DNA from: a virus
Lineage: Duplodnaviria > Heunggongvirae > Uroviricota > Caudoviricetes
IMG/VR virus record: IMGVR_UViG_2698536395_000029
DNA length: 15,001 bases
Reading direction: 5' to 3' (one strand)
Below the pieces are notes generated by a model. It did not search any database and had not been told where the DNA came from. It saw only the letters and a program-made list of their open reading frames with translations. Position 1 is the first letter of the stretch. Every line of letters begins with the position of its first letter. A program made the translations under genes and the position numbers. Of the stretch, positions 7,791-13,783 are shown piece by piece.

Positions 7791-8015
7791 TCAGTCCCTG
7801 ATCCCTTTCAGAAATTCTATCAATGCATCTATCTGTTCAGGATTTACCGCCAGCATTTCACCGGATAGAGCACATCTAACAAAACCATGCTGATCCTTTT
7901 CAATCAGTGCGCCCGTCTCCAGGAATGCGCGGTAATCATTGATGCTCATCGTCTCCATGTTGTCAGCATGGTATTTATCACGCTGTTTTAATATCTCATC
8001 AAATTTCATCGGCAT
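7791..8015 (-). CDS. Hypothetical protein (74 aa), orphan gene bracketed by two near-identical terminators
   Basis: ATG at 8015 with AGAGGA SD 8 nt upstream (MPMKFDEILKQ...); the track's longer start at 8093 has no SD. Acidic, no family recognised. Confidence 0.55.
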   Translation of the reverse strand: MPMKFDEILKQRDKYHADNMETMSINDYRAFLETGALIEKDQHGFVRCALSGEMLAVNPEQIDALIEFLKGIRD

Positions 8016-8110
8016 TGTTTTTTCCTCTGTTGTGTCTGTTTGTTTCAGATAGTAACTATGCCAGACCGTGACGAAAACCCGGTAATGCGCCATACCGTTT
8101 CAACTGGTGC

Positions 8111-8133
8111 AAAAAAAGCCGGATTTCTCCGGC
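8111..8133 (-). terminator. Rho-independent terminator after the PerC-like gene
   Basis: Minus strand GCCGGA-gaaa-TCCGGC followed by TTTTTTT; nearly identical to the hairpin at 7764-7779. Confidence 0.65.
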
Positions 8134-8140
8134 TGTGTGA

Positions 8141-8413
8141 TTAGCTGTCCTGGTAATTGCGCCATATTTCATCACCAGCACCATCTATCCCCATTTCGGC
8201 ATAAGTGCGATCGACTGCCTTTTTCAGGTCTCCGTAATTATCCGGTGGCTCCGGTGGCCTCTGTGCCTTCCTGCAACATTCCAGCCGTCGCATCGTAACC
8301 TGATGCCGTTCCTTGTCTGTCTCCACCAGCAGCATGACTTCACCCCATCGCGCCGCCGCCCTCCGGTAAAAGCCTTTCGCCTCGAGTTCTTCCGCTATGC
8401 GGTCATGTACCAT
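8141..8413 (-). CDS. PerC-family-like transcriptional regulator (90 aa)
   Basis: Start taken at ATG 8413 (MVHDRIAEEL) with GAGGGGG SD. The motif AEELEAKGFYRRAAARWGEV...MRRLEC resembles the PerC/Pch signature (A..LE..G.WRRAA..W). From memory. Confidence 0.5.
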   Translation of the reverse strand: MVHDRIAEELEAKGFYRRAAARWGEVMLLVETDKERHQVTMRRLECCRKAQRPPEPPDNYGDLKKAVDRTYAEMGIDGAGDEIWRNYQDS

Positions 8414-8423
8414 CGCCACCCCC

Positions 8424-8834
8424 TCAGAACGGAATACCGTCACCGTAAGGGTCATCGCCTCCCGCTGGTGGCTGATTACCCTGTGTGCCTGTGGTTTTGC
8501 GTCTGTTCCCGCCAGGAAGTGCCGCACGGGCACTGATTACGCTGTCTGCAATAACCTGATAACCCTGCCGCGTTTCCCCATTCTGTCCGGTCCACTGGCT
8601 GACCTGCATCGTGCCGGATACGCTGGCAACGTCGCCTTTTTGATGTTTAGCCAGGAAGTCGGCCTGCTTACCAAATGCGATGACCGATAGCCATAACGTC
8701 GCCTGCCCATCCTGCGCCTGACTACATGGCAGCGATACCGCCATACGCGCCAGCGTCATCGGTGTACCCTTGCTGGTCTGTTTTACCTGCGGGTCGTCCA
8801 CCAGCCGCCCGTAAGCTGCTATCTGTGCTGTCAT
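8424..8834 (-). CDS. ssb: Single-stranded DNA-binding protein
   Basis: 136 aa; the OB-fold core aligns with E. coli SSB landmarks (LWLSVIAFGKQADFLAKHQKGD vs [22 protein letters not shown]); Gly/Pro/Gln-rich linker; acidic tail DDPYGDGIPF like the SSB DDDIPF tip. Confidence 0.8.
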   Translation of the reverse strand: MTAQIAAYGRLVDDPQVKQTSKGTPMTLARMAVSLPCSQAQDGQATLWLSVIAFGKQADFLAKHQKGDVASVSGTMQVSQWTGQNGETRQGYQVIADSVISARAALPGGNRRKTTGTQGNQPPAGGDDPYGDGIPF

Positions 8835-9109
8835 GATTCCACCTCTCCGGTTTTAACGTTGATGGTTGTTACCTGTTCCGCTTCGGCAATCTCCCGCTCT
8901 GTCAGCGTGGCAAAATTTGCCGCCGTCGTGGTCATGAATGCGCTTATCAGTTCGGGATGTGCTTTCGCGTATCCTTCCCCCGCGTGGCGGTCTATCGTTC
9001 TGATTGCCACCTTTAAAGCGTGCTCTGTCATGTCTAACGCGCGATATTTCGGTTCTGTTCTGTCTCTGCGTTTTTTGAGTGATTTATTAAATTTCCCTGA
9101 AGTGTGCAT
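8831..9109 (-). CDS. Hypothetical protein (92 aa), first gene after the origin
   Basis: ATG at 9109; stop overlaps the SSB start (ATGA). No family recognised. Confidence 0.5.
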   Translation of the reverse strand: MHTSGKFNKSLKKRRDRTEPKYRALDMTEHALKVAIRTIDRHAGEGYAKAHPELISAFMTTTAANFATLTEREIAEAEQVTTINVKTGEVES

Positions 9110-9158
9110 ATTTATTTTTACCCCCTCGTTTAAAAAGTTTTGAGTTGTGCCTCCCCTT

Positions 9159-9382
9159 GTCTACCTTATCTACCTTAGTGGCCCTCATACCAGTAATGGC
9201 GCGGCTTTCAGCTGGGTAGAGTGCTTTTATCCACTATCTACCCCGTGTCTACCTCCCTGTCTGATTCAGGTAAAATCAGGTAGAGAGGGTAGATAGTGGG
9301 TAGACAGTAAAAAAAGGCTATCTACCTAACTTAATGCACTGAATTAAATGTATTTTTCTTTACTCAGGTAGACAGGGTAGAC
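9159..9382. repeat. Iteron-type replication origin
   Basis: At least 11 copies of the 7-mer GGTAGA[C/T/G] or its complement in both orientations (9159, 9168, 9215, 9236, 9247, 9279, 9288, 9299, 9320, 9367, 9376), often at 9-11 bp spacing, flanking an AT-rich stretch at 9330-9366. Lies directly downstream of the primase stop. Confidence 0.75.
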
Positions 9383-9397
9383 AGCAATTACAAAAAA

Positions 9398-11152
9398 TTA
9401 TAAAAACGCGTCGCACTCGTCTGTTGTTATTGCGTTAGTCTGCGTTACTCCCTTAACTTTCCGCGTAATATATTCATGTCCGTAAACTTTCGCGGCTGGC
9501 TTCATAGCCTTGCCAAAGTCATTTACGTTTAGCGGTTTGCTCCTGCCTGCGTACGCCATAAACGCCAGATAGACGCGGTAAAGGCTGTTTCTGGTCGTGT
9601 ACTTCACTGAATCGCCACCGCCGCCCATCATCAGGCCGCGTGCTTCCTCCAGAAAATTCAGGAACTGGCAAAACTCAATAACCGGATCCGTCTGTTGCTT
9701 TATTGCCAGAGCTTCATCACCGTCACGCTGTTCCAGTAGTAAAGCCCGTGCCTTCTCAGGGTCGGTAAAGTTCGCCAGCAATCGGCGGATAATGACAGGG
9801 ATTTCAGCCGCGATCTTTTCCGGTAGCTCCCTGTCTTTTTCGGCCTCACTGACGATATTGTCGAAACGGAAAATCACGCGACGACGTGCCACACCTCCGG
9901 CCCGTTCGGTGAATATCATCGGGTTATTGTTGGTCGCCAGCACCACCGCCCTGATTACAGCCGTGAAACGCTTTTCGTATTTCGGGTTAATTTCCACGGG
10001 GTCACCGCCCGTGATTTTCTTGATGCCCGTTCCTTCGCCTGTATATTTCGGCTGGTCAGCCAGGACGATAAGACGACTCCCGACAACCTGCGCACGTCCA
10101 CCAGCATCATCAAGCGATGTCATTTCAGCGCTTACCGTGTTCTGTTTCCCTGCCAGAAGGCTGGCTATGTGCGTGAATGTACTTTTACCGCTCCCGCCGT
10201 CTCCGGTGGCCTCAATAAACATCTGCCAGTCGTACCGGTTCGCCATAATCATGTACAGCGCGGCACATATACGCATCATCTTGCGCGGGTCTTTTCCGGC
10301 TGCGTGCTCAAGCCATTTATGAAAGTTTGGCGCGTTATCGCGGATGTTCTCCCCTGGTGCTGGTGGCGTGTACTCAATGCCGTTGTGCGTGGTGATCCAG
10401 TTCTCCGGCGTGTGCGGGGAAAATTCCCCCGTTTTCAGGTCAAGCGCACCATTGGCGAACGGCAGCAAATCGCCGGACGGCTCGCCCATTGGTTCGGCAA
10501 TAACTTTTAACGCTTCCACGGCGTTATTGATTACGCGCTTGCTGAAAGTGGCCCTGTGCTCTGAATAGATCGCCACCATTTCGCGGCTAAGTTCCATTGT
10601 GCTGACCGGACACCATACCCCGCCGCGCCATACGTGAACGATTTCACTTTCAGGATGTACGCAAACGCCATCAAAGCGATCGGCAAGCAGCTGCGCGCGC
10701 TCACTGTCCGCCATCTGCGAAAGTTGCGCCTTTTGCTTTACCGGAAGCTCAATGACCAGACCATCAGAAAGATTCTGGCGCTCACGAGCCAGATATTCGC
10801 GCCAGTTCTCCACCTTCTGACCGTGCATACCATCAGGGTAAAAATTTGCATCCTGTACGCCTGCCGCCGCCAGCTTCTGACCAATCGCCTTTATCATTAC
10901 TGGCGCAAGATATCCGGCCCTGAATATGCGCACGGATTTTCTGCCTTCCGGCACAATTTGCAGCTTATCCAGTTCGGATAACTGCTGCTCCCCAAGCCAC
11001 ACAGGAGGCTCATTATCTCCGGCCATACGCGCGTCATGTTCCTGCCATTGTTTTGCGTGTGACCAGGCATCACTACCCGCAAAAATAATGACTTCTGTTT
11101 CTTTGTGTTTTATGCCGCGTGACTGCTGTTTTACGTTCGGTGCCAGTTTCAT
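9398..11152 (-). CDS. Primase/helicase replication protein (P4-alpha-like; D5-type NTPase C-terminal domain)
   Basis: 584 aa; Walker A GDGGSGKST at ~residue 318 with the surrounding D5/P4-family helicase context; N-terminal primase-like region; iteron origin immediately downstream. Confidence 0.85.
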   Translation of the reverse strand: MKLAPNVKQQSRGIKHKETEVIIFAGSDAWSHAKQWQEHDARMAGDNEPPVWLGEQQLSELDKLQIVPEGRKSVRIFRAGYLAPVMIKAIGQKLAAAGVQDANFYPDGMHGQKVENWREYLARERQNLSDGLVIELPVKQKAQLSQMADSERAQLLADRFDGVCVHPESEIVHVWRGGVWCPVSTMELSREMVAIYSEHRATFSKRVINNAVEALKVIAEPMGEPSGDLLPFANGALDLKTGEFSPHTPENWITTHNGIEYTPPAPGENIRDNAPNFHKWLEHAAGKDPRKMMRICAALYMIMANRYDWQMFIEATGDGGSGKSTFTHIASLLAGKQNTVSAEMTSLDDAGGRAQVVGSRLIVLADQPKYTGEGTGIKKITGGDPVEINPKYEKRFTAVIRAVVLATNNNPMIFTERAGGVARRRVIFRFDNIVSEAEKDRELPEKIAAEIPVIIRRLLANFTDPEKARALLLEQRDGDEALAIKQQTDPVIEFCQFLNFLEEARGLMMGGGGDSVKYTTRNSLYRVYLAFMAYAGRSKPLNVNDFGKAMKPAAKVYGHEYITRKVKGVTQTNAITTDECDAFL

Positions 11153-11448
11153 TTTTTACCCCTGAATACGTTAAGCATCTTTTTTATTTCCTGAATATTG
11201 GCGCGTGCTTTCTTCCTGCTGGTTGGTTTACTGCGGGGCGCTGCCTGTACCAGAGAAAAATCACGCCGAAACTGATAAACAGGCATCACGCAATCATATT
11301 CGTAGCCTTCACGGCGGTAGGTTACGCGCCGTTCTTCCACGCCCTTAATCATTACCGTGCCGCCGTACTGGTCGCGGTAAATATCACCGCGCGTAAATTT
11401 AGGGTGAGTGTTGCCACTGGCAGTTAAGCCAGAATATTTAAGTTTCAT
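11149..11448 (-). CDS. Hypothetical basic protein (99 aa)
   Basis: ATG at 11448 with GGAG SD; stop overlaps the primase ATG (ATGA). Confidence 0.55.
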   Translation of the reverse strand: MKLKYSGLTASGNTHPKFTRGDIYRDQYGGTVMIKGVEERRVTYRREGYEYDCVMPVYQFRRDFSLVQAAPRSKPTSRKKARANIQEIKKMLNVFRGKK

Positions 11449-11453
11449 TATTT

Positions 11454-11687
11454 TTATTCTCCGGTGTGCTGTTCTTTATATCTGTCGTGCAATAGATCTA
11501 TTTCTTGCAGTTCCATTATTACAGGCTCAAGAAGCGTTATTAATGCCGTGGCAATTCTTGATTTTTGTTTGTCGCGTTCATTGTCGCCAAGTGTTTCAAG
11601 CCATATGCGCAATATTTCCAGCATGTTTTCACTGTGAGAAAGTGCAAGAAATGCGCGGTATATTGTTTCGTGGTAAATATCACGCAT
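11454..11687 (-). CDS. Hypothetical protein (77 aa)
   Basis: ATG at 11687 with GAGGATG SD; overlaps the upstream gene by 8 nt. Confidence 0.5.
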   Translation of the reverse strand: MRDIYHETIYRAFLALSHSENMLEILRIWLETLGDNERDKQKSRIATALITLLEPVIMELQEIDLLHDRYKEQHTGE

Positions 11688-11913
11688 GGCTTACATCCTC
11701 AGGAAATTTTCTTCTGTAATGCGCCTCTGCCACATATTCCGCATAATCGGCGGCGATATTCAGTACATCAAGCCCCGTTGATTTATATTCTCTCGTGGAA
11801 AGTAAGAAAAAAGCCGCTCTAATAAGCTCTGGCATTGACGAAAGCGCATCAGCCGCATCATCAGGAACGCCGGAAAATTCCTGTTTCAGGGAATTAAAAC
11901 GATCATCACGCAT
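11680..11913 (-). CDS. Hypothetical acidic protein (77 aa)
   Basis: Start set at ATG 11913 (MRDDRFNS) with GGGGGTGG SD; the track's 11940 start lacks an SD and overlaps the upstream gene. Confidence 0.5.
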   Translation of the reverse strand: MRDDRFNSLKQEFSGVPDDAADALSSMPELIRAAFFLLSTREYKSTGLDVLNIAADYAEYVAEAHYRRKFPEDVSHA

Positions 11914-12145
11914 AACCACCCCCATTTTCACAATCAGCAATCAGGATGGCTTTAGCCTCATTCAGCGCCATATCAGCACTAAGTTGCATAACCGCCAGCG
12001 AATGAGGAACGAAAGCCCCGGCATATTCTGTTTCACTGGTGTCGTGCTTATGCGCCCTGTCAGCAATAACAGAAATATCAATCAGCGCATGCATTAGCGT
12101 TATGATGGCTTCGGCGGCTGCGTCCGGACGGGTGTTATTGCACAT
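11906..12145 (-). CDS. Hypothetical protein (79 aa)
   Basis: ATG at 12145 preceded by CAGGAGG; overlaps the stop of the 68-aa gene. Confidence 0.5.
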   Translation of the reverse strand: MCNNTRPDAAAEAIITLMHALIDISVIADRAHKHDTSETEYAGAFVPHSLAVMQLSADMALNEAKAILIADCENGGGYA

Positions 12146-12341
12146 GGCACACCTCCTGACGAATACGGGCAGCGAATACCATCACGCAGCCAGCCGGAGA
12201 TTGCTGGCGTGCTTCCTGTTCGCTGGTGGCCTCAATGGTAATCACGCGCGGTTGTGCCGTGCTCAGGGCGATAAAACGCCAGATGTATTTATTCAGGTCG
12301 TGCGAGTCCCGCCCTTGCGGGTGTGTGGTATGATTTCTCAT
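12135..12341 (-). CDS. Hypothetical protein (68 aa); first gene of the replication operon, possibly Icd-like
   Basis: ATG at 12341 with GAGGT SD. It is the only plausible part of the 342-aa track ORF; the upstream 274 codons are Cys/Arg/Ser-rich antisense of real plus-strand genes. The motif YIWRFIALS...EARQQ...VFAAR vaguely recalls Icd-like proteins (low confidence). Confidence 0.5.
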   Translation of the reverse strand: MRNHTTHPQGRDSHDLNKYIWRFIALSTAQPRVITIEATSEQEARQQSPAGCVMVFAARIRQEVCHVQ

Positions 12342-12379
12342 AGCTACCTCGATACTTTCGCTATCGTTGGTGGTTAGAA

Positions 12380-12410
12380 GCCCTGCGAGTGGTAACGACA
12401 CTTGCGGGGC
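12380..12410. promoter_or_regulatory. Imperfect 12-bp inverted repeat in the divergent control region
   Basis: GCCCTGCGAGTG-gtaacga-CACTTGCGGGGC (10/12 complementary at DNA level); lies in the 5' leader of the minus-strand operon. Confidence 0.45.
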
Positions 12411-12438
12411 TTTGCATTTATGCACCTTGATAATCTCA

Positions 12439-12474
12439 AGGTGTGGCCCACTATATGCTTTAGGTGTGGCCCAC
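12439..12474. promoter_or_regulatory. Two exact 13-bp direct repeats AGGTGTGGCCCAC (candidate operator) overlapping a sigma70-like promoter
   Basis: Copies at 12439-12451 and 12462-12474, 23 bp apart; TTGATA at 12427-12432 and TATACT at 12506-12511 are plausible promoter hexamers upstream of the gene starting at 12541. Confidence 0.5.
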
Positions 12475-12540
12475 GTCAAGGGTTTTATTTGTGCTTTTTC
12501 TGTGTATACTGTCCCCCACCAATCCAACAGAGGAATAGAA

Positions 12541-12720
12541 ATGGCAACGGGTACAACAAACGCAAAATCACAAGCTCTAAAGGCTCGTGTACCACACGAA
12601 ATAGTAAACGCCATGGAATCAGTGAAAGAATCAGGCGAAAGCACATCACAATTCATCATTGCGTCAATGCAAGGCGAGATCAAACGCCGCCAGCGCCGCA
12701 AGGCCAAAGAATCAGAATAA
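12541..12720 (+). CDS. Small DNA-binding protein, probable ribbon-helix-helix fold (59 aa)
   Basis: ATG at 12541 with AGAGGAA SD. The pattern LKARVPHEIVNAMESVKESGESTSQFIIASMQGEI (strand, helix, G-S/T turn, helix) and a basic tail fit CopG/Arc-type RHH proteins. Confidence 0.55.
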   Translation: MATGTTNAKSQALKARVPHEIVNAMESVKESGESTSQFIIASMQGEIKRRQRRKAKESE

Positions 12721-12762
12721 TCACTATCAGCGCCGTGGTGTGAGGTATTACGGCGCATTGCT

Positions 12763-12951
12763 ATGCAGGACAACACAATGACCGATAAAGAATTGACCAA
12801 AACATTATCACCGGCACGGAAAAGACGGCGCAGAAAGATAGAACATGAATCAGAAAGATTCGCGCCATGTGCTTTTGCCCTTGAGCAATTCCTTAAAGAG
12901 TACAGGGAAAAGCGCTCATTGCAGGTATGGCAACGAACTGAACCAGACTGA
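12763..12951 (+). CDS. Hypothetical basic protein (62 aa; start may be 12778)
   Basis: ORF 43 nt downstream of the RHH gene on the same strand, with a poly-basic stretch ARKRRRRK; the SD is weak, so coding status is uncertain. Confidence 0.4.
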   Translation: MQDNTMTDKELTKTLSPARKRRRRKIEHESERFAPCAFALEQFLKEYREKRSLQVWQRTEPD

Positions 12952-13036
12952 TTGCATTGCCCACCAGCCTGATAGCGGCTATCATCCCCGTGCTTATGTT
13001 TGGGATCACACACACAAACGGCGCAGCGGGTTATCT

Positions 13037-13064
13037 GTTCAGAAAGGCGGCTCCATTTCGGGGC
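13037..13064 (+). terminator. Rho-independent terminator ending the plus-strand RHH operon
   Basis: GCGGCTCC-atttc-GGGGCCGC (8-bp stem with one G-U pair) followed by T7. Confidence 0.75.
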
Positions 13065-13220
13065 CGCTTTTTTTATGCCTGAAAAACCCCAATTTTGTGG
13101 TTTTCCAGTCTCACCAGGGCGAACGAATCCCCGCCCACGTTCTGGCGTATATTCAATCTTCATGGTTATAGCTCTGTGTTCAGATGATTGATGTGTGGCG
13201 GCTGTGTGCCGCCAGCGTGA

Positions 13221-13409
13221 TTAATGAACTGCCTTGCAGCTATCCTTCCAGGCCAGAACCTCGGATAAAGACCAGCCAACGGAACGACCGCCAAGTTTAC
13301 GACGTGATGGGAATTGTCCGGCCTTTTCCAGGCGGTAGCGGCATGAGCGGCTAAGGCCTGTTAGCTTTTCGCATTCTTTTTCACGTATAAACCGATCAGT
13401 GCTTAACAC
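13221..13409 (-). CDS. alpA: AlpA-family transcriptional regulator / excisionase-like HTH protein
   Basis: 62 aa; LTGLSRSCRYRLEKAGQFPSRRKLGGRSVGWSLSEVLAW matches the AlpA signature (TGLSRST.YR....G.FP.P.KLG.R.V.W...EV..W). Start is GTG at 13409 with AAGGGGG SD. Confidence 0.85.
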   Translation of the reverse strand: MLSTDRFIREKECEKLTGLSRSCRYRLEKAGQFPSRRKLGGRSVGWSLSEVLAWKDSCKAVH

Positions 13410-13568
13410 TATTGCCCCCTTTCGTTTCTTAAAGAGTTATTTCGTGTTCTATTGCGTTGGGATGTGTCTGATTGTGTCAGGATGATTCAGAGTTGGCAAA
13501 TGTTGAGGTCGTATGGTTTACAGAAACAGGAATAATCAGGATAAAATCATTTAAATTCATGTTAATAC

Positions 13569-13600
13569 AAAGGCATAAAATATTGTTTCATGCCTTTTTT
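13569..13600 (+). terminator. Terminator-like hairpin on the plus strand in the int-alpA intergenic region
   Basis: AAAGGCAT-(13-nt loop)-ATGCCTTT followed by TTTTTTCTC; no plus-strand gene upstream, so function unclear. Confidence 0.3.
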
Positions 13601-13692
13601 CTCGCCATTTAAAGAGTGATTCGCTAGTGTATAAAAAACCAGTAACACATTAAAAATCAGCCACTTATAAATCCGTACACTTTTTCGCCTCT

Positions 13693-13737
13693 TGTTCGTA
13701 GTTGTTCCGCATTGTTGCTCATTGTTGCATGTTGTAT
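13693..13737 (-). promoter_or_regulatory. Array of four to five TTGTT[C/G] hexamers at exact 10-bp phasing (minus strand GAACAA/CAACAA)
   Basis: Hexamers at 13693, 13703, 13713, 13723 and a degenerate one at 13732; about 285-330 bp upstream of alpA and 50-90 bp downstream of the int stop. Confidence 0.55.
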
Positions 13738-13750
13738 CTGTTCGCATATC

Positions 13751-13766
13751 CAGTATGCGCATACTG
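13751..13766. promoter_or_regulatory. 16-bp perfect palindrome CAGTATGCGCATACTG
   Basis: Exact dyad symmetry 18 bp downstream of the int stop; no U-run on the int strand, so more likely an operator than a terminator. Confidence 0.45.
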
Positions 13767-13783
13767 AAAAAACACGAAAAAAA

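Noticed and set aside
9159-9382. CRISPR array
   Set aside because: The repeats are 7-mers in both orientations with irregular 9-11 bp spacing and no spacer structure; this is an iteron origin.
9597-10322. 241-aa plus-strand ORF
   Set aside because: Lies wholly antisense inside the primase gene; low-complexity Ser/Arg/Ala-rich shadow ORF.
12135-13163. 342-aa minus-strand ORF spanning the control region
   Set aside because: Cys/Arg/Ser-rich translation typical of an antisense frame; it runs through the divergent promoter and opposite two plus-strand genes with proper SD sites. Only the last 68 codons (12135-12341) have an SD and coupling to the next gene.
13197-13213. Hairpin GGCGGC-tgtgt-GCCGCC right after the alpA stop as a terminator
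   Set aside because: No U-run follows on the alpA strand; noted but not called.
13562-13762. 66-aa minus-strand ORF in the int-alpA intergenic region
   Set aside because: AT-rich, no SD, and overlaps the phased hexamer array and a terminator-like hairpin.
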